DNA of 64,000 nucleotides. It comes from Coprococcus sp. Its GTDB lineage: Bacteria; Bacillota; Clostridia; Lachnospirales; Lachnospiraceae. The DNA lies in assembly GCA_016296785.1 (NCBI GenBank), contig JAEDHX010000003.1:1681-65680 (forward strand), read 5' to 3'. Below are positions 9,415 through 20,700 of the stretch, piece by piece. The notes below the pieces were generated by a model. It was not told the DNA's origin, did no database searches, and saw only the letters and a program-made list of their open reading frames with translations. Made by a program: the position numbers and the translations under genes. How positions within the stretch are numbered: position 1 is the stretch's first letter; each line of letters begins with the position of its first letter.

Positions 9415-11727
9415 GTGGTTAAAGAAGGTTATGTAGAAAAAGTTATATATAAAAATGAAGCTAATGGATATGCCGTTTTCACCGTTTCAGGTGAAGACGG
9501 CGAAGATATTTTCGTGGGTACACTTCATGGTATAAATGAAGGTATATATATTAGTGCTGAGGGTGAATATGTTAATCATCCTCAATATGATCTACAATTC
9601 AAATTTTCCTCATATGAGATTAAGCTCCCGGAGGATTTAGTTAGCATAGAGCGATATCTTAGCTCGGGAGTTATTAAGGGTGTAGGTGAAGCCCTTGCAA
9701 AGCGTATAGTTAAAAGATTCAAGATGGATTCCCTAAGAATAATTGAAGAAGAGCCTGAAAGACTTGCAGAGATTAAAGGAATATCTGAGCGAAAAGCTCG
9801 CGAGATAGCAACGTCCTATAACGAGAAAAAGGACATGCAGGATGCTATTATATTTCTTACCGGATATGGTATATCGGTTAATCTTGCTGTGAAGATTTAT
9901 AATAAGTATGGCGATAAAATGTATGATATTGTGCGAACAAATCCCTACAAAATTGCAGAAGATATTACAGGGGTCGGATTTAAAACTGCTGATGAGATAG
10001 CTGAGAAGATGGGGGTTAGTCCGGATTCTAATTTCAGGGTAAGGGCTGCTGTTTTATATACGCTTCTTAATGCAAACAGACTTGGCCATATGTATTTGCC
10101 GAAGGATATGTTGATTAGTAAAACATATTCTATATTGATGGATGATACTCAGGAATATGATGAGAGTCTGATTGAATCAATTGCAAATAGAATTGTTGAT
10201 CTGTCAATTGAAAAGAAGCTTATTATTAAAGAGCTCTGTGTTGATAGTGAGGAGTCGGGAGATGGTAAGGACGCAATATCCTCTAATGGTAGTTCTACTA
10301 TATTTGCAGTATATTCTACTGAAGATTATTATACGGAGCTAAATTCAGCAAGCATACTTAATGAAATTGATGTCAGATGTATGCCAATTATGGTAGATAC
10401 TGAAAAGCTTCTCTCTGATATCATGAAGGAAGAGGATATTACCTTTGATGAAAGTCAGATTAAGGCAATTGTAAATTCTGTAAATCACGGGGTTTCTGTT
10501 ATTACGGGCGGACCCGGTACGGGAAAAACAACAACAATAAATGCTTTAATTAGGATATTTGAAAGTGCTAGAATGGAGATTATGCTTGCTGCACCAACAG
10601 GACGCGCGGCAAAGAGAATTACTGAAGCTACCGGATATACAGCACAGACCATACATAGAATGCTTGAGCTGTCAGGGGGTGATCCTGAGGATGAAGACAG
10701 AAGCTATAGCTTTGCGAGAAATTCATCAAATCCTCTCGAGACAGATGTTATTATTATAGATGAAATGTCGATGGTAGATAGTTCAATTTTTTATAATCTG
10801 CTTAAGGCGGTTATGCCGGGAACAAGACTTGTACTCGTTGGCGATTCTAATCAGCTTCCATCGGTTGGTCCCGGAAATGTCCTTAAGGATATAATTAATT
10901 CGGGGGCTTTCTCGGTTACTACCCTTATGAATATATTCAGACAGGGAAAAGACAGTGATATTATTATTAATGCTCATAGGATAAATGCGGGAGAGAAGCT
11001 AGAAATAAAGAATACAAGCAAGGATTTCTTCTATATTCCAAGGAATAATCAGGCAGATATTATTGAGGAATTAAAGCTTCTTATTACCAATAATCTGCCA
11101 AAGTTTTTTGGTTTAGAGCCAATAAATATTCAGGTTCTTACGCCAATGAGGAAGTATGAATTAGGAGTTGAGAATCTAAATCAGAGACTTCAGGATATTC
11201 TTAATCCTCGCAGAAATAATCTTCCGGAGAGAGAAAGAGGAGATGTTGTATTTCGTCAGGGCGATAAGGTAATGCAGATTAAAAATAATTACAAGATGGA
11301 ATGGAAGATTATGGATAGAAGCTCACGCTTTGTTATTGAAGAGGGCATAGGTGTCTTTAATGGCGATGTCGGATTTGTTAAGAAGGTGGATGATTATGAA
11401 GAAAGGCTCATCGTTGAGTTTGATGATGGAAGGCTGGTTGATTATCCGTATAGCCAGTTAGATGAGCTTGAGCATGCATTTGCAATTACAATCCATAAAT
11501 CGCAGGGCAGCGAGTATCCGGTGGTAATTATTCCATTGTTGTCAGGACCACCAAAGCTTCTGAACAGAAATCTTTTATATACTGCGGTGACACGTGCCAA
11601 AAGAGGAGTTGTAATTGTTGGAAATATTGGACTTGTTCAGGCAATGATAGATAATACCTCAGAACAAAAGCGTTATACTACATTTGCACTTAGATTAAAA
11701 GAGATAAAGGAAGCAGGTATATATTGA
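9415..11727 (+). CDS. recD2: RecD2-family SF1B helicase
   Basis: HhH repeats, GGPGTGKT, APTGRAA, IIDEMSM, TIHKSQGSEY, LYTAVTRA. Confidence 0.93.
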   Translation: MVKEGYVEKVIYKNEANGYAVFTVSGEDGEDIFVGTLHGINEGIYISAEGEYVNHPQYDLQFKFSSYEIKLPEDLVSIERYLSSGVIKGVGEALAKRIVKRFKMDSLRIIEEEPERLAEIKGISERKAREIATSYNEKKDMQDAIIFLTGYGISVNLAVKIYNKYGDKMYDIVRTNPYKIAEDITGVGFKTADEIAEKMGVSPDSNFRVRAAVLYTLLNANRLGHMYLPKDMLISKTYSILMDDTQEYDESLIESIANRIVDLSIEKKLIIKELCVDSEESGDGKDAISSNGSSTIFAVYSTEDYYTELNSASILNEIDVRCMPIMVDTEKLLSDIMKEEDITFDESQIKAIVNSVNHGVSVITGGPGTGKTTTINALIRIFESARMEIMLAAPTGRAAKRITEATGYTAQTIHRMLELSGGDPEDEDRSYSFARNSSNPLETDVIIIDEMSMVDSSIFYNLLKAVMPGTRLVLVGDSNQLPSVGPGNVLKDIINSGAFSVTTLMNIFRQGKDSDIIINAHRINAGEKLEIKNTSKDFFYIPRNNQADIIEELKLLITNNLPKFFGLEPINIQVLTPMRKYELGVENLNQRLQDILNPRRNNLPERERGDVVFRQGDKVMQIKNNYKMEWKIMDRSSRFVIEEGIGVFNGDVGFVKKVDDYEERLIVEFDDGRLVDYPYSQLDELEHAFAITIHKSQGSEYPVVIIPLLSGPPKLLNRNLLYTAVTRAKRGVVIVGNIGLVQAMIDNTSEQKRYTTFALRLKEIKEAGIY

Positions 11728-12434
11728 TAAGAGAAATATTTGTTGACTTATTATATCCTAGAAGGTGCCCTGTATGTGACGAGGTCATAGCACAGGGCAC
11801 AGGTCTTATATGTAAGAAGCATGAATCGCTTCCTTACATAAAGTCGCCTAATTGCTATAAGTGTGGCAAGGAAATTGATGATGAAAATCAGGAGTTCTGT
11901 AAGGATTGCCGTAATACGAAGCATCATTTTGAAAGGGGATTCCCCATCTTTAATTATGTCGAACCGATAAAGTCGAGTGTGTTATCCATTAAGTATAAAA
12001 ATAAACGCGAATATAGTGATTATTATTCAGCGGAAATGGCAAAGAAGCTTAAGCAATATATGAATCATATGCAGCTTGATGCAATTATTCCCGTTCCCTT
12101 ATATAAGGGAAAAAGAAGGGAGAGAGGCTATAATCAGGCGGAGCTTATTGCTGATAGACTGTCAAAGCATATTGGTGTTCCTGTAAAAAGTGATATTCTT
12201 GTAAGAGATAGGGATACGACACCTCAAAAGGAGCTTGATAATCTTGAAAGAGCTAATAATATTAAGAATGCAATAAGAGTAAATAGTATCCCTGAGGGAG
12301 TGAGAAATGTGCTTATTGTAGATGATATATATACAACAGGAGCAACTATAGATGCCTGCGGAGAGAAGCTATATCTTGCTGGTGTACAGAACGTATATTT
12401 TTCAACAATATGCATAGGAAAAGGGCATGTATAA
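11724..12434 (+). CDS. comF: ComF-family protein (double zinc ribbon plus phosphoribosyltransferase)
   Basis: CxxC pairs, RGYNQA, VDDIYTTGAT. Confidence 0.9.
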   Translation: MIREIFVDLLYPRRCPVCDEVIAQGTGLICKKHESLPYIKSPNCYKCGKEIDDENQEFCKDCRNTKHHFERGFPIFNYVEPIKSSVLSIKYKNKREYSDYYSAEMAKKLKQYMNHMQLDAIIPVPLYKGKRRERGYNQAELIADRLSKHIGVPVKSDILVRDRDTTPQKELDNLERANNIKNAIRVNSIPEGVRNVLIVDDIYTTGATIDACGEKLYLAGVQNVYFSTICIGKGHV

Positions 12435-12443
12435 TGCCCTTTA

Positions 12444-12569
12444 TTCTATGTGTGTGTTATTTTCTATGTGTGTGCTATTTTATATTTGTGTGCTGTTTAT
12501 TATCTGCGTGTTATTTTATATTTGTGTGCTGTTTATTATCTGCGTGTTATTTTTTATTTATGTGCTGTC
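12444..12569. repeat. degenerate 18-bp tandem repeat (about 7 units) with 36-bp higher-order duplication
   Basis: TTCTATGTGTGTG(T/C)TATT x2, then (TTATATTTGTGTGCTGTT TATTATCTGCGTGTTATT) x2, then one decayed unit. Confidence 0.85.
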
Positions 12570-12582
12570 TTGGGCTTATAGA

Positions 12583-14073
12583 TTATTCGTCTGTTTGAGT
12601 CAGGTCGCATATTGTAAGTGTTTCTAGCGCTTCAACATCTATATTGTCGCTTCCCATAGATACTATTCTTGTTGCCTGCCTTGAAATGGCCTTTTCCATA
12701 AAGTTTCGGACTTCCCTTGCATTTGCAAAGTCCTTATCATGATTCTCGGCTCTATCCTTCCAATAATTAGCAGCATATTCGGCAGCCTCCTTATCAAGCT
12801 TATAATCCTGCTTTGAGCACATGCTCTCAAAGATTGCCATCAATTCCTCGCCATTATAATCCTCAAAATTAATAAACTTATTAAATCTGGAGCGAAGTCC
12901 CGGATTGGAGCTTAAGAATTCTTCCATTAAATCAGGGTAGCCTGCAACAATTACAATCAGGTCATCGCGGTGGTCCTCCATGGCCTTAAGCAGAGTATCA
13001 ACAGCTTCCTGGCCAAAATCGTTATCGCCCTTTCCTGCAGTTAAGGTGTATGCTTCATCAATAAACAGGATACCGCCAAGTGCAGATTCGATAACCTCCT
13101 GTGTCTTAATTGCCGTCTGACCAATGTAACCAACAACAAGACCGCCTCTGTCAACCTCAACAAGCTGACCTGAATTAAGTATTCCAAGACCCTTGTATAT
13201 AGCGGCCAGAAGTCTTGCTACAGTTGTCTTTCCTGTACCGGGATTGCCTGAAAAAACAAGATGAAGAGAAACTGAAGGCTGCTTCATTCCATTTTTCTCA
13301 CGCAGCTTCTTAATCTTAAGAAGGTTCACAAGATTTGTAATATCCTTCTTAACACTTTCAAGACCTGTCATGGAATTGAGCTCTTCAAGAAGACTGTCAA
13401 CATCCTTTTCAGGAATATCTGCTAAAACCTCAGGTTTGTTAGCCGGTTTGACATTTGCAGATTTATTATTAGTCTTCTTGTCAGCAGGCTTATTTATATC
13501 AAACTTAATATTCTTTACTGCGTCCAAATCCTTTGGGAGTGCATTGTATTTGTCAAGAAGAGGGCTAGGGTCATTTGCATACAAATTAAATGACTTTAAA
13601 TATTTATCCATCATCATGCAGTAGCTTGTAAGACGGCCTATTTCCTCGCCGCTTGAATGATTATTACATGCTATGTATTCAAGACCGAGTAACTTAAACG
13701 TACGAACATAATCTCTTGAACGGTGAATAGACTTTGGATTTCCTTTTAATCTTCCCAGATCACCCTGAACAAAATATGTTAATGAACGAGGAGGAGTCTC
13801 CGCAAAAGATTTGTTTCCTGTTCTCTCATACTTGAAGCATTTAAATTTATCCGTAGAAAACTGCTGGTTCAAATACTCACGAATAAACTGTATCTCAAGC
13901 GCAAGTTCGCTACTGTCATTGCTCGCAAGATACGCTAAAAACTGCAACAAATCAAACCGAAGCATCTCTCTTGTCTTAATTCCCGTACTCTGGCGGGCGC
14001 CATACCCATCATTATCTAGTGAATCAGCATATATATAACAATTATCAAGTTCAGCCTTTAACGAATAGTTCAT
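12583..14073 (-). CDS. AAA+ ATPase, CbbX/SpoVK family
   Basis: HLVFSGNPGTGKTTVAR, GGILFIDEAY, SNPGLRSRF, FANAREVRN; ATG 14073 preceded by SD GGGAGGG. Confidence 0.88.
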   Translation of the reverse strand: MNYSLKAELDNCYIYADSLDNDGYGARQSTGIKTREMLRFDLLQFLAYLASNDSSELALEIQFIREYLNQQFSTDKFKCFKYERTGNKSFAETPPRSLTYFVQGDLGRLKGNPKSIHRSRDYVRTFKLLGLEYIACNNHSSGEEIGRLTSYCMMMDKYLKSFNLYANDPSPLLDKYNALPKDLDAVKNIKFDINKPADKKTNNKSANVKPANKPEVLADIPEKDVDSLLEELNSMTGLESVKKDITNLVNLLKIKKLREKNGMKQPSVSLHLVFSGNPGTGKTTVARLLAAIYKGLGILNSGQLVEVDRGGLVVGYIGQTAIKTQEVIESALGGILFIDEAYTLTAGKGDNDFGQEAVDTLLKAMEDHRDDLIVIVAGYPDLMEEFLSSNPGLRSRFNKFINFEDYNGEELMAIFESMCSKQDYKLDKEAAEYAANYWKDRAENHDKDFANAREVRNFMEKAISRQATRIVSMGSDNIDVEALETLTICDLTQTDE

Positions 14074-14118
14074 ATCAGTTATACCCTCCCATTCCATGGT
14101 GTTTCCCACACCACCATA

Positions 14119-14147
14119 ATTTTATAATCCTAACGGGTAGATGTCAA
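14119..14147 (-). promoter_or_regulatory. sigma-A promoter for AAA ATPase
   Basis: TTGACA-17 bp-TAAAAT on the minus strand. Confidence 0.7.
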
Positions 14148-14573
14148 TACTCGCCATGGGGACAGGTCCCGTGGCAAAGAATCTATCAACCGCAGCCTGC
14201 CATCTTGTTTTTAGACCATATTCATGCAGGCTCTTGTCTTTGTAGGGCTATATATACGGCATTTCGTACGCCCGTCAAAAGATTTGGGAATATCTATTAT
14301 CATGTTGCTTGAAATGTCTATTATCACTCTGCGTTATAAACTCGTGACAATTGGCATGGCCAATCGTCACTCAAACAAATAACGCAGAGTGAACCATATT
14401 CAAGCAACATGATAATGATATTGCACAAATCTTTCGAATGCCCCCCGAAGTGCCGTATATATAGCCCTATAAGGCAAGAGCCTGCATGAATATGGAAATC
14501 ACACTATGATGGCAGGCTGCGGTTGATAGAATGCTCGTCAAATTTGCCACGGGACCTGTCCCCATGGCGAGTA
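14148..14573. mobile_element. 426-bp non-coding imperfect palindrome with perfect 31-bp terminal inverted repeats (MITE/REPIN-like)
   Basis: 14148-14178 is the exact reverse complement of 14543-14573; interior blocks also pair; related sequence recurs at 62736 and 63942; mobility is inferred, not shown. Confidence 0.7.
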
Positions 14574-14581
14574 AGTTTGGG

Positions 14582-14610
14582 TTGGAATATTTGAAGGAAT
14601 ATGATACAAT
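14582..14610 (+). promoter_or_regulatory. putative sigma-A promoter for hisA operon
   Basis: TTGGAA-17 bp-TACAAT with extended -10 TG. Confidence 0.55.
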
Positions 14611-14637
14611 GGGAAAAGGTTTATTTGGAGGTTGGGT

Positions 14638-15429
14638 ATGAGATTCAGGCCTTGTATAGATATACATAACGGACAGGTTAAGCAGATAGTTGGTGGGAGC
14701 CTAAAGGATACAGGGAATATGGCGAAGGAGAATTATGTGGCGTCGGAGGATGGAGCATATTTTGCAGAGCTATATAAGAGGTATAATCTGAGTGGAGGAC
14801 ATATTATTCTACTGAATCCGGCGGATAGTGAGTATTATGAGAAGGATGTATATCAGGCAAAGCTGGCACTTAATGCATATAAGGGTGGCTTGCAGATTGG
14901 TGGAGGAATAAATGCCCGGAATGCGGAAGAATTTATTAAGCTTGGAGCATCTCATGTTATTGTGACGTCATATGTTTTTAAAAATGGTGAAATCAATATG
15001 AGTAATTTAAGAGATGTTATGAGTGCAGTTGGCAAGGAGCATCTTGTACTTGATTTAAGCTGCAGATGGCGGGAGAATGCTTATTATATCGTAACTGACA
15101 GATGGCAGAAGTTCACAAATGTTAAGGTGGATTTTGACACATTATCAATGTTGTCAGAAAACTGTGATGAGTATCTGATACATGCCGTAGATGTGGAAGG
15201 AAAGGCATCGGGTATTGAAGCAAATATTGCTACAATGTTAGGCGAGTGGGGTAAGATTCCGATGACTTATGCAGGTGGCGTTTCTTCGTTTAAGGATTTG
15301 GATGTCCTTAGAAAATGTGGAAGGAACAAGCTTGACGTAACAATAGGCAGTGCCCTGGATATATTCGGAGGAAGAATGAAATTCCAGGATGTTATAAAGT
15401 ATATGGAGGAAAGCTATGAAGAGATTTAA
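14638..15429 (+). CDS. hisA: ProFAR isomerase, eukaryote (His6)-type
   Basis: MRFRPCIDIHNGQVKQIVGG, LQIGGGIN, HAVDVEG, LDVTIGSALDIFGG. Confidence 0.9.
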   Translation: MRFRPCIDIHNGQVKQIVGGSLKDTGNMAKENYVASEDGAYFAELYKRYNLSGGHIILLNPADSEYYEKDVYQAKLALNAYKGGLQIGGGINARNAEEFIKLGASHVIVTSYVFKNGEINMSNLRDVMSAVGKEHLVLDLSCRWRENAYYIVTDRWQKFTNVKVDFDTLSMLSENCDEYLIHAVDVEGKASGIEANIATMLGEWGKIPMTYAGGVSSFKDLDVLRKCGRNKLDVTIGSALDIFGGRMKFQDVIKYMEESYEEI

Positions 15430-17698
15430 GAAGGCAGTTGCGATATGCGTTATAGCGGCGATGACTGCTACAATGTTTGTTGGATGTGGTAAAGGAAATA
15501 ATACCAGCGAGGATGTAACAACAGAGGCTACGTCAGAGGATGTATCCACTACTGAGGCGGTATCTGAGGATACTACTGAGCTTACTACAGAGGAGGCTAC
15601 AGAAGAAGAGAAGGAAACTATTGCTGATGGAGATAAGGTAATTGAGCTTACATTTGATAAGGACGTTGAGGATTGTCTTACATATGTAAATGGTGGCGAT
15701 ATTAAACTGTCAGCGAAGGGTGGAGAGTTGGTTGCTGCAATCAAAAGAATAGGTAAGCTTGATTACGCTAATCAGATTTACTATGATGGCTTTAAGCTTC
15801 ACCAGGATTGTGTTTATGAGTTTTCATTCGATGTAAAATGTGATATCGAGCGTAAGCTTCAGTGGCGTTTCCAGATAAATGGCAGTGATTATCATGCTTA
15901 TGCTATGGAGGATATTGATATTGGACCGGAGGCTAAGACTGTAACTGCTACATTTACTATGGCAGAGGCTACTGACCCTGCACCGAGACTTTGCTTTAAT
16001 GCAGGAGCATTTGATGGAATGGCTGCAGATACAGCTGAGCACAATATTTATTTTGATAATATTGTACTTACGGCAGTAGATACTTCTAAGGTTGTAACTA
16101 GTGATTCTCTACCGGAGGCAATACCTGTAAAGGTAAATCAGCTTGGATACAAGGCAGCTGACTATAAGAAGGCAACAGTTACTTCAGAGGAAGCGACAAA
16201 GTTTGATGTTATTGATGTAGCATCAGGAAAAAGTGTATACCAGGGTAACTTATCAGATGTAATAAATGATGACCCTTCAGGTGAGAAGTGCAGGCTAGCT
16301 GATTTCAGTGAGGTTGTAACAGAAGGAACATATAAGATTGTTACTGATAATGGTCTTGAGTCATACGAATTTGAGATAAATAATAATGTATATAATAATA
16401 TATATAAAGATACTGTTCTTATGCTTTATAAGCAGAGATGTGGTGTTGAAACAGATGACAGCATAGCAGGTGAATTCGCACATGGTGTTTGTCATAATGA
16501 GAAGGCAGTAGTATTTGGAACAGAAACTGTACTTGATGTATCAGGCGGCTGGCATGATGCCGGTGACTATGGACGTTATGTTGTACCTGGAGCTAAGACT
16601 GTAGCAGACTTATTCCTTGCGGTTGAAGATTCAGAGCTTGCTAAGGCAGATGACCTTGGCATTCCTGAAAGTGGTAACAATGTACCTGACCTTCTTGATG
16701 AGGCAAGATATGAGCTTGAATGGATGCTTAAGATGCAGGATGCGTCAAGCGGTGGCGTATACCACAAGGTTACATGCGAGATGTTCCCTGGAATTGTAAT
16801 TCCGGAGGAGGAGACTGATCCGCTTGTTATTGCTCCTATTTCAAAGACAGCAACCGGTGATTTTGCAGCTGTTATGGCTAAGGCAGCAGTATTATATAAC
16901 GAATATGATAAGGATTTTGCAGCAACATGTCTTGCAGCTTCAAGAAATGCATGGGCATATCTTAAGGAGCATGTAGAAGACAACGGATTCAAGAATCCTA
17001 AGGGAATTGAAACAGGAGAATACCCTGACAGCAATGCAGATGATGAGTATTTATGGGCAGCAATAGAGCTTTATATTGCTACTGATGAAGAAGAATATAA
17101 GACATATGTAACAGATGCAGTTGCTAATACAAAGAAGATGCCATACGGTCTTGGTTGGGCTGATGTTGGTATGTATGGTATATATGATTACTGCATGTAT
17201 GTAGGTGATAACAGCGATATAGAGGAGATACTTGTTAAACGTGCAAATGCATGTAAAGCCTCATCTGCAAAGGATGCATATGGTGCATCGCTTGGTGCAA
17301 TATATCCATGGGGAAGTAACATGACAATAGCTAATAATGGTATGATTCTTGTTATGGCATATCATGTAACTGAAGATATTTCATATCTTGAGCCGGCAAA
17401 ATATCACTTGGATTACCTCCTTGGAAGAAATCCTGTTGGCTATTGTTACGTAACAGGTTATGGTGATGTATCACCTCTTCACACACATCACAGACCATCA
17501 CAGGTACTTCAAAAGAGTATGCCTGGTATGCTTGTAGGTGGAGCAAACAGTAATCTCGAGGATCCATATGCTAAGGCAGTTCTTTTAGGGGAGGCACCTT
17601 CTCACTGCTATGTTGACAATGAACAGAGCTTTTCATGTAATGAGATTACAATATATTGGAATTCACCTCTTATATATTTGCTCGCAACATTAAAATAA
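15416..17698 (+). CDS. GH9 glycoside hydrolase lipoprotein (CBM4-like, Ig-like, GH9)
   Basis: lipobox FVGC, Thr/Glu linker, VKVNQLGY, GGWHDAGDYG, HHR, NEITIYWN. Confidence 0.9.
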   Translation: MKRFKKAVAICVIAAMTATMFVGCGKGNNTSEDVTTEATSEDVSTTEAVSEDTTELTTEEATEEEKETIADGDKVIELTFDKDVEDCLTYVNGGDIKLSAKGGELVAAIKRIGKLDYANQIYYDGFKLHQDCVYEFSFDVKCDIERKLQWRFQINGSDYHAYAMEDIDIGPEAKTVTATFTMAEATDPAPRLCFNAGAFDGMAADTAEHNIYFDNIVLTAVDTSKVVTSDSLPEAIPVKVNQLGYKAADYKKATVTSEEATKFDVIDVASGKSVYQGNLSDVINDDPSGEKCRLADFSEVVTEGTYKIVTDNGLESYEFEINNNVYNNIYKDTVLMLYKQRCGVETDDSIAGEFAHGVCHNEKAVVFGTETVLDVSGGWHDAGDYGRYVVPGAKTVADLFLAVEDSELAKADDLGIPESGNNVPDLLDEARYELEWMLKMQDASSGGVYHKVTCEMFPGIVIPEEETDPLVIAPISKTATGDFAAVMAKAAVLYNEYDKDFAATCLAASRNAWAYLKEHVEDNGFKNPKGIETGEYPDSNADDEYLWAAIELYIATDEEEYKTYVTDAVANTKKMPYGLGWADVGMYGIYDYCMYVGDNSDIEEILVKRANACKASSAKDAYGASLGAIYPWGSNMTIANNGMILVMAYHVTEDISYLEPAKYHLDYLLGRNPVGYCYVTGYGDVSPLHTHHRPSQVLQKSMPGMLVGGANSNLEDPYAKAVLLGEAPSHCYVDNEQSFSCNEITIYWNSPLIYLLATLK

Positions 17699-17713
17699 AG
17701 TCAGGTTTGAATA

Positions 17714-20700
17714 ATGGACAGAATTAAAAATTTATTTAAAAAAGAGATAGTAAGATATATCGTGGCTGGTGGTTGCACCACCGCGGTAAATCTTATATCC
17801 TTTTTTATGCTTAGGTTATTAACAGACTTATCACGAAGTGCAGTAAGTACAATATCGATTTCATTATCAATTGTATTTGCTTTCTTCGTGAATAAGTTTT
17901 TTGTGTTTATTAGTGAAAAAAAGAAAATATGGGTTATTCTGGGCGAATTCTGCTCGTTTGTGGGAATGCGTCTTTTTGCGATGCTTGTTGAGATAGTCGG
18001 AACAAATCTTTTGTGTGACTCCTTTAGGTATAATGAGTTTATTTCCAAGATATTAATACAGGTTGTCGTAATGGTGCTTAACTATATATTCAGCAAATGC
18101 TTTATATTTAAGAAAAGAGATAAGAGCATTTCACTTAAGGAATTTGTTAAGGATAACTATGTTTATATTTTATCTTTTATAATACCGGCAGTATTTATGC
18201 TTGGTGTCTGGATTGCAATGGGAATAGGTCCGTTTGGAGGACACAGCCTTACAATGGTTGACAGCCTCCATCAGTATCTGCCATTTTTCTCAGATTATCA
18301 GGACAAGCTTGTTAATGAAGGCAGCCTGTTTTATACATGGACTATAGGTCTTGGTAGCAACTTACTTGCAATTATTGCATATTATCTGGCATGCCCACTT
18401 AATTTTATCGTTGTAATATTCGGCAAATCTAATCTCTATGTGGCAATGAGTCTTCTTATTAGTCTTAAGATTGCCCTGTCAGGACTTACTTTTTCCTCAT
18501 ATGCAGCTAATAAATGTAAGGATAAGCATATCTGGGGGATTATAATATTTGCCGTGGCATATGCTCTGAGCAATTATATTATCGGTTATTCCTGGAATGT
18601 AATGTGGATGGATTGTATCATGATTCTTCCTCTTATAATGAAGGGTTATGACAAGATGGTTGAAGAAGGAGATGTGAAGCTTTATACACTTTCGCTCTTT
18701 TATGGACTGTTATGCAATTATTATATATGCTTTATGATTTGCGTTTTCCTTGTTTTGCAGTTCTTCCTTACAAATCATCATGGAATAAAGAAATTCTTTG
18801 TAAATGGTCTGAAATTTGCAGGTGCTTCGCTGCTTGCAGCAGCTATGGCGGCATTTCTTCTTGTTCCGGCATATTTGGGACTTAACACAACGGCTTCTGC
18901 TACAAGAGTATTTCCTAAGTCAGAATGGTATGGCAGTATTTGGGAAATGATTAAGCAGATGTTTGTATTTACACCACCAATAAAGAGCCAGCAGTTTGAC
19001 GGCGGGGTAAATCTTTACTGCGGAACAATATGCATGTTGCTTATATTTGTATATTTGCTTAACAGAAAGATTAAGCTGTGGGATAAAATCAGAAATGTAA
19101 TTCTTATTGTATTCCTGATGGCAAGCTTTAATAACCAGCTGCTTAATTATATCTGGCACGGCTTCCACGACCAGTATGGAATTCCAAACAGATTCTCATT
19201 CCTGTTTATATTCATTCTTCTTGCACTTAGCTGTGAGGCATTATATAAGCTTGATAAAATGGATATTTCCGGCATTTTGTTTTCAATTGCATTTGCTTTT
19301 GGATTTATAATTATGTGCAGCTTTAATTTCTCGTTAAAGAATAATGCAATGTTATACACTGAGATATTCCTTGCGATATATGGAATTGCACTTGTTGCAT
19401 ACAAGCTGTTTAATAACCTTGGCAAACAGATTATAATGATAGTCCTTATTGGCGTATGTATTACAGAAACCATTCTAAATGGAATAAATGGATACGACAG
19501 CAACGGATATGTTGATATAAATCAGTATTTTGGCGAGGAAGAAGCACTCTTTGAAGCAATTGATTCTGTTAAGACAGATAATTCAGGATATAGAATGGAT
19601 TTTGCAGATACAACGATTGTGGATGAATCCATATACTATAATATCAATTCTATAAGCCTGTTTGGTTCGACTGTATCAGCATCATTAGTTGATGCCATGC
19701 ATGGACTTGGGTTTTATACAGGTGCAAATGAGTTCCTGTTCGATGGTGCGAATCCTGTATCAATGGCTGTGCTTAATATAAGATATGTATTTACACACAA
19801 GGATGATTATATTCCATATGATGTTGAGTCGATTGGCTCAGTTGATGGGGTAAATATATACCAGAATGAGTATACACTTAATACCGGTTTTATTGTCGAT
19901 GACAGACTTCTTGAGTGGACGAAGCAGGGCGATAATATGTTTGATAGCGTGAATTCCTTTGTTGAAAAAGCTACAGGAGTACCTGTTGTATTTAGCCAGC
20001 TCTACCCGGAGGTTACGCCTGTAAGCGATTCTTGTGAGGTGAGTCATGATGGTGGGCTTAGTGAGTGGTACACATACAAAAAGCTTAATGATGGCGCATG
20101 TAATTTTATGCTTGATTTTACTATTACTGAGGACAGTAATGACATTTACATTATTGCAAACAGCAGCTCCATAAATAAGATAAGGATATATATTAATGGA
20201 GAGGAAGAGAATTACGACAGGCTTCAGTATCAGACCTACCATGTCGGACATCTGGTTAAGGGCGATAAGGTATCGGTTGAGTATTGTTTCAGAGATAATC
20301 AGCCAAGCAACGGTAAGTCAAGGTTTGCAGTAGCAACATTTAACCGGGATGCATTTCTTGCGGCATATGACATTCTTTCTGAAAAGCAGTTGACAACAAG
20401 TGTATTTAAGGATGGATATGTAAAGGGTACAATTAATCTTGAGGAGCCGGGACTGCTGTTTACTTCAATTCCTTATGACAAAGGATGGACTGTATATGTA
20501 GATGGTAAGAAAACAGAGATAAAGACTGTGGCAGGCGCATTTATCGCAGTTCCACTAGATGCCGGATCACATACAATTACATTTGAATTCTTCCCTTATG
20601 GTTTAAAGGAAGGATTAATAATAACAGTATTTGGATGGATTGTTATGGCGCTTATTATGACATTTGCAGGTAAAAAGAAAAGAAATGATATGGTGTCTAA

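Noticed and set aside
12444..12569. CRISPR array
   Set aside because: Units are directly adjacent with no unique spacers, and there are no cas genes.
14019..14667. ORFs 14019..14312 and 14467..14667 as genes of the palindromic element
   Set aside because: No SD or recognisable motifs, and they cross the element boundaries.
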